64,000 nucleotides of DNA from contig NC_043000.1 in the NCBI RefSeq assembly GCF_006345805.1, positions 103,292,001-103,356,000 on the forward strand. Direction: 5' to 3'. Each line of letters starts with the position of its first letter. Within the stretch, counting starts at the first letter, position 1. This document shows positions 12,011 through 23,964 of this stretch, piece after piece. Under the pieces are notes generated by a model, which worked only from the letters and a program-made list of their open reading frames with translations, made no database searches and had not been told where the DNA came from. The position numbers and the translations under genes are program-made. This stretch comes from Octopus sinensis. Taxonomy: Eukaryota.

Positions 12011-12896
12011 AAAAAGTATATGATTTTAATTGGAATTTATAAACTGCATATAATATTAATTGGAATTTATAAAATGCATATTAATGTGTATCGAAAACTA
12101 TGGATAATTCATATTTAAAAATATATAATTGAAAAACAAAGGAAAATCAGTACAACATAAAAATAAATGAAATTATAGCAATGAAAGTAGTATCATGGAA
12201 AAGGGCGAAACCCTTTCAAAACACACCTGCACATGGACAGTATTATCACTTTAAATATCATCGGTAGCTGCTACTACCGTTGAGTATGTGCGTGGGGAGG
12301 GGTTGTGTGTGTATGTATGTTGATACATAATAGGTATATAAATACATTGTAGCTATGATATATTATAGAATAAAATTAAAATTTTAGGCAGTATTATATG
12401 AATAAATTTAATACAGTGGACCGTTGTTAAATCACACAGTCAGTAATATTTTGGACGTATATATACATGCGCTCGTGTGTGTGTGTACAAAACATACAGA
12501 TATATATAATGATACATTGCTAGATCTCCGGGCAACCGAAGAGTACTGTCCTCCCCATCTATATTGACAGGACGGAAGTGGGAGCAATCATCTCTGTACT
12601 AAATTTGTAAGTGGATACCTCGTAATTTTTTCTCTCAAGGCTACGATAAGATGTTTTCACATTGTCTACAATATGCTCGACTAAATGATTTCAAATAATT
12701 AACTGTAGATATAGCTACATAATACATGCTTCAGTATTCTAACTTACGCTTTCCATATATAGTTTTATTAATTATGTAGTCGACTATCGAATTATTTGCA
12801 ATGCTAAGAGATTAGCTCTGTTATATCTTCTTATGCTACTACTATATATAGCAATCCAAGCTATTAATTATGCAAGCAAACAAAGAATGAAACGTG

Positions 12897-12947
12897 CATT
12901 CTTCTGATGAGTGGGTAACCATCTCCGAAACACGTCCGTAATAGAAT
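12897..12947 (+). ncRNA. Type I hammerhead-like motif with canonical core
   Basis: ATTCTT-CTGATGA-GTGG-GTAA-CCATCTCC-GAAAC-ACGTCC-GTA-ATAGAAT; canonical CUGAUGA/GAAA/GUA, imperfect stems. Confidence 0.55.
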
Positions 12948-13302
12948 TCCAAGTTGTTCTCTATTTACTTAAGAGAGCAAATCAATTGTAATTTTTACAG
13001 CTAAAATCTTCCAAATAGATAACTAGATGTTTCCACAAAATACAAATTTCCTCCTTTAATATATTTCAGAAATATACTTGTACAGTAGGGTGAGAAAGAC
13101 AAAATACATATATATTTATAGGGTGTTCAGGTTAAATTTGTCGATGGCATGGCTTATAGAGACAAGCATGGTTGCGTTAAGAGGCTTGCTTCCTACATTT
13201 TGCTCAAAAGAAATATCATTACATAATGTAACCTATGTAGCAGATATATAAACTAGGAAAATTTAACTAGTTTCTGCGTAGATTGAAAAATGTGATGATC
13301 AG

Positions 13303-13343
13303 CCTTAAACGATTTTCGAACCTTATTGGGCTTTCATCAGAGG
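13303..13343 (-). ncRNA. Minimal type I hammerhead-like motif with canonical core
   Basis: Minus strand CCT-CTGATGA-A-AGCC-CAATAA-GGTT-C-GAAA-ATCGT-TTA-AGG; stem I CCT/AGG, near-palindromic stem III. Confidence 0.6.
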
Positions 13344-13544
13344 TGGCTACATCAATTTGACCAATCTCAGAGAAAGAAGCGGCCACTGTGTTTACATATT
13401 CAACAAATCCAGTCGCTACAGAAAACTGGCTATTTATTTGCAAATTGTCTATCCCCCTTGATTATATTTCAAAAATATACTTCTACAGTAGGGTACGAAA
13501 GACAAAATACATATATACAAGGTGTTCAGGCGAAATTTGTAGGG

Positions 13545-13945
13545 ACAAGCGTAGCTGTGTTAAGAAGCTTGCTTCCCAATCACATGGTTTCGGGATCAAT
13601 CCAACTGCGTGGTACTTTGAGAAATTGTCCTCTACTAGAGCCTTGGGTCTATCAAGGCATTGTAAGTCGACTTCGTTCATAGAAATTGAAAGAAGTGTGT
13701 GGTGCGTGCGCGGTCGTGCATGTTACCGACAGTCACCCACCGCCTAACAACTCGTATTTGTGTGCATACGTCCCCGTAACCTAGCGGTTCGGCAAAGAAT
13801 GGGGAGGGCCCATTCGATTACATCGACCCCAGTACGCAACTTTAAAAAATAGAATAGAGTCGATTTGTTAAAAAAAAAACTCTTCAAGGAGGTGCTTCAT
13901 CATGGCTGGATTCCAATCACTGAAACAAGCAAAGGATGCAAGATA
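13545..13945 (+). mobile_element. Diverged family A SINE
   Basis: Head, CORE-like segment, CGTCCCCGTAAC.TAGCGGTTCGGC body and tail recognisable. Confidence 0.8.
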
Positions 13946-14093
13946 TATCTATTTATCTCGCTCTGTCTCTCTTTGTCTCTCTCTGTCTGTCTATCTGTCT
14001 CTCTCTCTCTCTCTCTATCGATCTATCTATCTATTAACTTATATATATGTATATATATATATACATTTATATACACGCGCATAAACATACATG

Positions 14094-14149
<56 letters not shown>

Positions 14150-14584
14150 CACACATACACGCGTGCACACACGTAATATTATATCTGTGAGTCTATGTAT
14201 GTATGTATGAATGTGAGTGGGCGCACGCGTGCGTATAGTGTGTAGATAGCTTCAATATGTCACGCACTTGCGTGTATTTTTAGCTGCACAAAAATGCTTG
14301 TATGACTCAGCTTGAAAGAGCCGGGTATAGATGCTCACACTTTTACAATGTCATCATTACCATCATCACCAAAACTACCAAAGCTCTCAAACCTCCTACC
14401 CTACCCCGCTCCTGGTCATCGTGGTTGTCATTGTCCTCACGATCAATAATTCGTAGTTTTCCGCTTGATAGGTGATACGGCGGATGAAACACTCACTGCC
14501 ATATTCATGAGCGGATTACTGCAAACATATATCCACAAGGTGTCAAATGCAGGCAAGCTTATACCCTATATTTTCCGGTTCGAA

Positions 14585-15535
14585 GGCGGTGCGCTGGCAG
14601 AAACGTTAGCACGCCAGGCGAAATGCTTAGCGGTATTTCGTCTGCCGCTACGTTCTGAGTTCAAATTCCGCCGAGGTCGACTTTGCCTTTCATCCTTTCG
14701 TGGTCGATTAAATAAGTACCAGTTACGCACTGGGGTCGATATAATCGACTTAATCCGTTTGTCTGTCCTTGTTTGTCCTCTCTGTGTTTAGCCCCTTGTG
14801 GGTAGTAAAGAAATAGGTATTTCGTCTGCCGCTACGTTCTGAGTTCAAATTCCGCCGAGGTCGACTTTGCCTTTCATCCTTTCGTGGTCGATTAAATAAG
14901 TACCAGTTACGCACTGGGGTCGATATAATCGACTTAATCCGTTTGTCTGTCCTTGTTTGTCCTCTCTGTGTTTAGCCCCTTGTGGGTAGTAAAGAAATAG
15001 GTATTTCGTCTGCCGCTACGTTCTGAGTTCAAATTCCGCCGAGGTCGACTTTGCCTTTCATCCTTTCGTGGTCGATTAAATAAGTACCAGTTACGCACTG
15101 GAGACGATATAATCGACTTAATCCGTTTGTCTCTCCTTGTTTGACCTCTCTGTGTTTAGCCCCTTGTGGGAAGTAAAGAAATAGGTATTTCATCTGCCGC
15201 TACGTTCTGAGTTCAAATTCCGCCGAGGTCGACTTTGCCTTTCATCCTTTCGTGGTCGATTAAATTAGTACCAGTTACGCACTGGGGCCGATATAATCGA
15301 CTTAATCCGTTTGTCTGTCCTTGTTTGTCCTCTCTGTGTTTAGCCCCTTGTGGGTAGTAAAGGAATAGGTATTTCATCTGCCGTTACGTTCCGAGTTCAA
15401 ATTCCACCGAGGTCGACTTGGCCTTTCATCCTTTCGCGGTCGATAAATTAAATAGCAGTTGCGTACAGGGGGTGATCTAATTGACTGGCCCCTCCCCATA
15501 AATTTCAGCCATTGTGCCTAGATTAGAAAAGAATA
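14585..15535 (+). mobile_element. Family B SINE carrying a tandem array: head + 4 x 184-bp units + divergent terminal unit
   Basis: Units start at 14632, 14816, 15000, 15184 and 15368; TSD ATATTTTCCGGTTCG at 14568-14582 and 15533-15547. Confidence 0.97.
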
Positions 15536-15902
15536 TTTTCCGGTTCGTTGTCTGGTTAATGATTGCATACTGCTGGTAAATGCGACTGAGAAATACAAAC
15601 GAAAAAGCCACCACGTACAGATGACAGATAAATTTCGTCCCAATTACTTTTAGAAAAGGGAAACATGTAAAGAAGATTATCTAGAAACACTAAGACAAAA
15701 TAAGGGACGATATGGAAATGGCAGGAATGATTATGATCATAAGTTTACTCAGTGAGGGCCGACCTGCGGTTAATGGAAGCAATAAGTATGGTAATACAGG
15801 ATTCACAAAATATAAATTCAGTTATCGAATCGACAACATACGAGCGTATGTTGTTTAAAGTTTATATACGTATATACATATATATATGCATATATATATA
15901 TG

Positions 15903-15952
<50 letters not shown>

Positions 15953-16100
15953 TATATTATAGATAATATGTTCAATAAGAAATAATTTTTTTCGAAATTT
16001 TTTCTCTTATGAGGTTTTTACGCTATCTACCTGACAATTTCTTGTTAAGTTTTCCTTATTAAGTAGTTGTCCTTAATTGCTATATATATATATATATATA

Positions 16101-17162
16101 GTTGGAATTTATAAAAAAACAAACAAAACAAAAGACGAAGACCGGTGTGTAAACAACAAACAGATGTGTTAGTTTAACGCTCGGAAGTGAGAAAGTATTT
16201 TACGTTTCGAGCCTACGCAGAAAGGAACACAGAAATAAAGAGAGACAGAAAATAAAAACGGTTTAGTGGCTAGCGATCAATCATGGCGAATGCCGGACAG
16301 AGGTGGTCAGACAGGAGAGCTCGGAAGAAAGCGAGATAGTAAAGTAGTAGTGATCCCAAAACGAAGGTGCGCGTGCATACATGTGTATGTGAGAGCGTTT
16401 ATGTGCGTGTGGATAGGGGCTGGTGACCATGACGTGTGTGTGTGTGCATGTGTAGGTGTGTGGATGATGGTATAGGTGCTGAGAAGTGGTTAGTGCTAGT
16501 GTGTGGGGGGTTGTGTGAGGTGGTGTGGTGTGGTAAGGTGATGTGTGGCGTGTGGTGTGGTGGTGTGTGGTGTGGGTGTGTGGGGGTATGGGGAGGCGAG
16601 GGTGGGGGAATAAAGGGTAGGCTGTGTGTTGGGGTGAAGATGGTGTATGGGTGAAGTTGGGGTGGGGTAGGTGTAGGTGTGAGGGTGGGGGTGGGGTATG
16701 TGGGAGTTGAATGTGTGGGATGGGGTGGAATGTATAGGGAGGGTAGGGCTGGAATGTGCAGGGGTGGGTAACGATGGAGGGTAACAATGAAGAGAGGGGG
16801 AAGGGGAAGGGGGAGGGGAGGTGGGTAGGAGTGAAAAGAGGAAGTAGGTGTCAGAGCAAGAGAGGAGAGGAGAGGGGGTGAGAGTGAAGGGAGGATATAG
16901 GTGTGAGAGGAAGAGAGGAGGTTGTTAGATGAAGAGAGGAGGAGAGTTGAGCCCATTGGCGCAAAAGATCGAAGAGGGAAGATTAATTCCTATTTACGGC
17001 GAAGACGGGAGTCCGGATGGCCCCTGTGGAAGGACAACTGAACACAGACAGATGTTGTAAGGAATGACCGGTAGAGCGGAAATGGTGCGAAACCGAAGTG
17101 TCGTTGCCAAGTCTGATGCCTCGGAGGTGTTCCGTGATCCGGTCAGCCAAGCGGCGTTCGTT
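16101..17162 (-). mobile_element. Penelope-like retroelement 3' remnant: GIY-YIG endonuclease C-terminus (16925-17160), C/A-rich 3' region, family 2 pLTR
   Basis: ERRLADRITEHLRGIRLGNDTSVSHHFRSTGHSL...RLRRK*ELIFPLRSFAPNGLN fits the R..EH / HF...H / P.GLN signature of Penelope endonucleases; ends at (TA)n. Confidence 0.88.
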
Positions 17163-17164
17163 TC

Positions 17165-17725
17165 GTTTTTTTCTCTCTTATCCTCTCTCTAATTCTTTTT
17201 CTCCCTTTCACCGTTTTCTATCTGTCTGTCTGTCTCTCTCTCTCTCTCTCCCTCTTTCTTCTTTACTCACTCTCGTTGCTCACACGTGACCATCGTCTAT
17301 CTTTCTTTTCTTTTAGTATGTCTTACAGACCAGACGCATTCTTATCTGTCTCCTCTTCTATTTTCTATTTTGTCAAAGACAATATTCTTCCAGCGTTTGC
17401 TAACTCACCTCGTCTGGCCTAACGGCCCTCCGTATTTGTTTTCGTTTGGTTTGTTGTATGTCTCCACTGTCCTGTTTTTATTACCAACTTTGACCCTCCG
17501 AAAATCCCAAATTATATTTTGGTGCGCGGAAGAAACTGCCTTCCAAAGCTTCATATTGTCGTTAAATGTCCGAAATAATGAGTACATGGACAGCCGACAA
17601 CTGATGAAGGGTCGTTCTTTATGTTACTTGTCTTGTTTTCCATTTGCTTCTCTCGTTGTTCGCATACCCAAGTTTGTCTTCATATTTCATGTTGTTTATG
17701 TTTTGTAACGTCCTGTACCCATATA
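17165..17725 (+). mobile_element. Penelope-like 3' remnant, family 3, joined in inverted orientation to the previous element
   Basis: CT-rich region and CACGTGACCATCG (also at 10540-10560 on minus), CCGAAAT...CTGATGAAGGG segment, terminus on (TA)n. Confidence 0.55.
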
Positions 17726-17777
<52 letters not shown>

Positions 17778-17886
17778 TATGTGTATATATGCATATACAT
17801 ATATTTTATTTACATTATATATGGATTTACACACACGCATCCATACATACATGCATACATAAACACTCACGCACAAACACACACAC

Positions 17887-17945
<59 letters not shown>

Positions 17946-18149
17946 CATACATCCGTGTGTGCAATCATATTTAACAGTTTCATGTACCCTCGAATATGAG
18001 AAGGCCTTTCGTTTAGGTGTACACGAACTTATCAAATAGGATTGCATTCACTTATATTCCATTCAAAGCTGCATCCCGCACCTCTAATTTGCATGCATAC
18101 ATGAATGCATCATGTTCACGTGCGCGTGTGTGTATGTGTGTGATTATAC

Positions 18150-18715
18150 AAACACAACCAGGACACTGTATAACAAGATCTATTGGAAGGATAGCCCCGA
18201 GGATAAAGCATTTAGAACCCACAGTGTGGTGGCAGCCATAGACATTCATAATAAAAAGGAATGCTGGTGGAAAGTTCAAGTGAAAACCCCAATAAAATGT
18301 AACCACAGTAGACCGGATATAATGATTTAAAACAGAGAAGAGAAACTGCATACATTTGTGGAAATCAGCTGCTAAGCAAATGTTAACATAAAGCTGAAGA
18401 ACAATGAAAAAGAGAATATTGACGCTGAACTATTGTGAAATCTGCAGTTACTCTATCCAGATTACAAGTTCAAGTTTATACCTGTAATTATTGGGGCACT
18501 GGAATATGTAAAACACTGCCCAAGTACCAATCTTGAGAAATTAGGTTTCTCGAAACCAGAAAGGTGAAAGCTGATCGAAGACTACAGATCCAAACCATGA
18601 CTGGAAAAGTTTCCAAACGTGTATCATTTAAGTATACATGAACATGTCTAGCTGTGCAGGTATATACTTGAGAAAACTTACATAAAATAAAACATACAAA
18701 TCTGCACGTATAAAT
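18150..18715 (+). pseudogene. 3' remnant of an RLE-type (R4/Dong-like) non-LTR retrotransposon
   Basis: WWKVQVKTPIKCNHSRPDIMI*NREEK...VEISC...KENI.AEL...KFIPVIIGAL = RPD...E..C PD-(D/E)xK endonuclease; 3' end runs into (ATAC)n. Confidence 0.85.
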
Positions 18716-18899
18716 ACATACATGCATACATACACAAACATACATACATACATACATACATACATACATACATACATACATACATACATACATACATACA
18801 TACATACGTACATACGTACATACATACATACATACATACATACATACATACGTACATACGTAAAACATTCTTAGCTCTAATATAAAATAATGTTGCTGA

Positions 18900-20446
18900 T
18901 CTCTTATTATAAAAGGCAGATTTTATCTGCCTCCCTTTGGGAGTTATAGAAATCTACAATATAGGATTTCTTCAATTACAATTTACCTAGCATTTTTAGG
19001 AGTACAATGCATCGCGTCATGCCAGGTCCAGTTTTTAAAATTTAAACTCCAATTAAGCAAAATTTACAGAAAACTCACATTCTGGTGTGTGTGTCAAATG
19101 CTTTTCTTAGTCTGGTTTACACCACACGCAAACGCACACACACAGTGTGCAACGAATAAAATGAAAGTAAATAGCGACAGAGTGATTTGAGGAAGACTAA
19201 ACTGAAAGTATTTAAACCACTACTCAAAAAATAAAAAAACACAGCAAACAGAAACAAATAAATACATAACCATTTACTCCTCACACAATTTCTTCAATTA
19301 GAATTTACCTAAGATTTTTCGGAGTACTTCAGTGGGTGATGCCATAAAAATTTCTTTCAATTTTACCACCAATTAAGACAAAATTCGAGAAAACTCAATA
19401 TTTTAACATATCACTCCGAAAGCATTGATGTACATGTGTGCGTGCGTGCGTGAGTGTGTGTGTGTCATTCCTCACACACACGCATACACATACATACTAC
19501 ATACAACTACATACAAACACGTGTGTGTTTGTTATTAGTAAAAAAGGCGCCAAAACTCAACTCACTTATCATTCCAACACATTTGCAAAGACACACGGAC
19601 GGACAGAAAAGGTAAATTGGTTTTTATTTTACTCTGTATATATTTTATTATATAATATTATATATAGATATATGTATATATAATTGCAGTATGAAACAGT
19701 GTTTATGTATAAACAGACGACACTTATATATAGTTACCAAGCCGCCCGAATTTACCTATTCATATTTAAATGAGAATATCAGAGCAAATCTCTTTAGTAC
19801 ATTCGTGAAAACACGTATTATACTTCGTAAACACTTCAACTACAGTTTTGTACAAAAATCGAAGTGTAATTTTAATTCCGTGAATTATGGGAGATTTTTT
19901 TCCGAAATTTGTTCCTATTGTGTTTTCAAAATTTGTAATTCTGACAAAAAATGGATACGAATTTCATTATATCAAGCAGCGAGTCAGAATTCGAAGGATT
20001 TTCTACTGAAGACCTTCATAAATCTAACTCTATGACTGAAAAAAAAAAGCATCTTTATATAAGAGTGAAGTTGTGTGTCTGTCTCCTACGATTTAGATTC
20101 CTAACTACTCCCACATTTTGCGGTGCAGTTTAACCAAAAGCGGGTATCTTATAGTCGTGATTCATATCGAGCCCTTCTGGGTATTAGCGTGCGTCTACGA
20201 TGAGTCTACGATTAAAAAAAAATTTACCATCATATTTTTCCATTTTAATGCATTTTTTTCGCTTTTATATAAGGGAAGTAACTCTCTAAAAATATCTACC
20301 ATGTGTCAACGATTTAAAAAAAAATTTACCTTAATTTTTTTTCAATTTTTAATGCATTTTTTTGCTATTTTTTGGCTATAACTCTCTAAAAATGCTTATA
20401 TAGTTATTTCCCTTACAACCCGAGCAACGCCGGGCGATACTGCTAG
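18900..20446 (+). mobile_element. Composite non-autonomous Helitron
   Basis: A|TCTCTTATTATAAAAG 5' end; CCCGAGCAACGCCGGG hairpin + CTAG|T 3' end; second 5'-like end at 20052; internal direct duplications. Confidence 0.85.
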
Positions 20447-20551
20447 TTATACCCTAACTATATTCCGGACTTCCGATGAAGCTATCACTTTCAACTGCAT
20501 TGATTTTTTTTTTAATATTTAATCATTAGCAACGGAAGCAGTACTAGTGCC

Positions 20552-20881
20552 AAAGGCAATTCTTATATCCATCTTAACGTGGATGTCTTATTAGAACTCC
20601 GAATTCTGCGTTGTTAGCCCTGGGTGATTTTCTCATATAGGCCTTTGGTGCAAAAAAGCACACACTTAGATCGTAGCTGTCGAGAATCATGTGTTATGGA
20701 CGCCGGAACTCCCATGTCACGCCATTTCAGTCTACTGGGTAGACGATTCTCATCGGCTACGATCTATGTGTGCGCTTTTATGCACCAAACGCCTATATGA
20801 GAGGCTCTCTCAAGGCTAATAACGCAGTATTCAGTGATCTAACAAGATATCCTCGTTAAGTTGGATATAAGGATTACCTTT
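20552..20881. repeat. Foldback element: 141-bp ungapped inverted arms, 48-bp spacer
   Basis: 20552-20692 vs 20741-20881: 115/141 identical by hand alignment, no indels. Confidence 0.95.
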
Positions 20882-21073
20882 TTTTAAACGTTACTCTGTA
20901 CAACGTAGTGCGGTTGATTTATGAATAATATTAAATCATTTTCAACAAGGCATATCGCTAACTTCGTAAATGATATGATGTTCCGAAAACAAAATTGGAG
21001 CCCTGTTTAAAATATCATAGTACAGAAGAAAGGTGTTATTTTGATCCAGTCGATTACATTTAAGATATCTGTG

Positions 21074-21099
<26 letters not shown>

Positions 21100-21110
<11 letters not shown>

Positions 21111-21498
21111 TAAAAGCGAAATTCTGTTTTTCTGACTGAGACTCCTGTATCTCATTCTACTTTTGCTCAACATAGACATATACTTTCTTGGAATCAGGAT
21201 GATCCCAAGACTGAGAATCTGCCCTTCATCTGGTTCTTAAACCTCAAGCATTGGGATCTGATTTAATAGTATTTGGGTTGCTATTTCTTGTAGGTAAAGC
21301 TTGACTGATTCACGCCATCTTGGTTGGCGTTTGTGAGATTACGTCAGAGATTAAGAGGGAGATAAATGACATTAGCTTCGTTAATCTAACGTCGAGATAA
21401 AAACTTGGGGACAAACTGACCAGTAGTTGGAATTCAATTTGGCCTCCGTCCAATTAGCCCAGTTTAAAAGTCTGCACGGAGTGCGACTTTTAAGCTAG
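21100..21498 (+). mobile_element. Short non-autonomous Helitron
   Basis: TATATTAATAAAAGCG 5'-like end after a TA run; GTC(T)GCAC-GGA-GTGCGAC hairpin followed by CTAG|T. Confidence 0.75.
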
Positions 21499-22095
21499 TT
21501 ATATATGTAGCCATATTTAAAGTATACGCTTTGATTGAACTGAATATATCCCTTCTTTCACAAATCAGTGGTTAAGCAGTTATATTAAAAATTCAAAGTG
21601 TTAACAAAATCGTGTATGGGAAATTTAATCATTCATTTAACTGTGATTGACATATAACTTTTCTAGAAGGTGCTTCACGAAATTCAGGGAGAAACTTTAG
21701 GGACCACTGATTAAAAATTTACTTTAAAATTTTTTATGTAACAACAAATAATTGATCCTTCGATCAAACCGAGGAAACTACAATTCCATTGATTTTGCAA
21801 AATTACTGATAGTTACAATCCGTTGGTGGGAACATCGGATAGAGGTTTCTCCACTGAACGGCGAAGGGACTGAGTTTGAATTCACAATCGACAAAGCTGG
21901 AACAAATACCGCAAAACATCATGACCGATGCTCCCAAAAGAGTAAAAAGCAAAATTGGCCTCGGTGGGACTTGAATTCAGAGTACAGAGGATCGCAACAA
22001 ATACGGTGAAGCATTCTATCTTACACGCTGAAGACTCAGTTAGTTCCCCCTCTGATCACGGTGAGGCATGGATATTTGAAATGAAGAACTTCATG

Positions 22096-22505
22096 GTGCA
22101 AGCATAGCTGTGTGATTTAAAAGCTCGCATTGCAACCCCACAGTTTCCAGTGCAATCTCATTGCACAGCACCTTGGACTAGTAACCCCGGGTCAACCAGT
22201 ACCGTGTGAGGGAATTTGGCAGACGGAAACTGTTTGGAAGCTTGTCGCATGTGTGTATGTGTGCGCATGCGCGTGCGTGTCTTTGACCTGTGTATGTCCC
22301 CCACCATAACTTGACAACCGCCGTTGGTTTGCTTACGTCCCCATAATTTAGCAGATCGGCAAAAATGACCGATAGAATAAGTATTAGACTTTTAAAAAAT
22401 AAAACAAACGTAAGTAATGGGCTCCATTTGTTCAGGTACAATCTCTTCAAGGCTGTGACCCAGTATGGCCGTAGTCCAATGACTGAAACAAGTAAAAGGT
22501 AAAGA
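22096..22505 (+). mobile_element. Diverged family A SINE
   Basis: Colinear homology to 3556-3965. Confidence 0.85.
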
Positions 22506-23964
22506 TGCGCGTAAATTTATTTTTAAATGATTTTTGATTTTAGAATATCTTATGTGAATAATCAGTGACATCTATGATCTTCTAAAACTCGCCGTGGACC
22601 TCTGAAACTCAGGTATGGAACAATAGCTGAGTACACCTGAACCATGTTTTGCATCACTACTATGATTATGAAGTAGATAGATGAAGTGCTTCCACTGAGT
22701 TATTCCATTTTAAAGTGGTTTCTATCTAAAGCTTTAAACCCTCTAAAAAGGCTTTATGTACCAATTTTTTCGTTGCTACATTTTGAAAACCATTGGTGCC
22801 ATTGCTGCTGTTGTTATTGTTGCAGTTGTTTTCTTGTTTAGCTTCACATAGCTCTGATGGAGTAGACTTATAATTAAAGGCCATCTATCCATGATCACCT
22901 TACCTTTTCAGAAGTACTTTATGTTAGACTATAACATCCAATATGTTCTTTTTTTTAATTTTATTTTTCGAGAAGGCGTGGTGTGATATGAAATGCATTT
23001 TGCTACTGGTACTTGTTTTATCAATTTCAAAAGAATAAAAAGCAAAGTTGGCCTCCGTGGGATTTGAACTCAGAACATAGAGGCAGACGAAATTGTGCTA
23101 AACATTTTGCCCGTCGTGCTGACGATCCTGCCAGCTCGACCTCTTCTTGACTACAAATATTAGATATCTTCATTTCAAGAACTACTCCCTCTTGACATCG
23201 ATTTTATTTAATACATTCTCGACTACTATTGTTAATTTATTAAGTTCCCTTTTACATTCGTTTACCTTTATTCGTATTCTAAACACGCTATTTTTTATTT
23301 TCAGTAACTAGATTTCAAAACCTTTCGCATCAGTGGAACTTTGTTTCAGTTCGATAAATAATTCCATGGTCGTTCTTGTACCGAACTTCTCTTAATCCTT
23401 TGCCTGACCTGAATATCACATTTGATGCCCAAAACATATTTCCCTGGCGTCCATGCTTCCTGTATGATACACATTCTCGATTTCTTTTCAACCAGTAAAG
23501 TGACTTGGGACTTTAAAAGGAAAGCTTTAAACTGTAAGAAACAAGGGCTAACTAAAAGTCTGAAACCAAGCCTGGACGTTTAAGAAAGACTTATGAAAAT
23601 GCTTTAGATAGGCAGAGGGTTAAGGTTAAATGAAGTAACTAGCCTTTCTGCTAACTTTCATTCTTTCACTCTTGTTGTAAAAAATATTTTTATGCTATTA
23701 TTCTCTTTTTCTCTAAGCAGCTCAGTTGAGAAACTCTCTCCTTTGCCAGATAAACATACTCGGAAGTCTTTTAAATCTTAGGTTAAATATTTTATGATTC
23801 TTAGGTCAACATTTCATTAGACATTTTTCTTACCTTTACTTTTGTAACTTCTAACGCACTAAATGCTTGATTATCGTCTATTTGATCCTATTTTATTATT
23901 GGTTGCTTCCTGCCTTGTTGGAAAAGAATTTTAATTAAAAAGAAAAATTTACTCTGATCATATT

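Noticed and set aside
14632-15535. Tandem array as a CRISPR array
   Set aside because: Units are contiguous SINE bodies with no unique spacers; there are no cas genes and the context is eukaryotic.
17520-17615. Permuted (type II) hammerhead GAAA...GTA...CTGATGA in family 3
   Set aside because: No stem I complementarity between the post-cleavage strand and the bases before CTGATGA in either copy.
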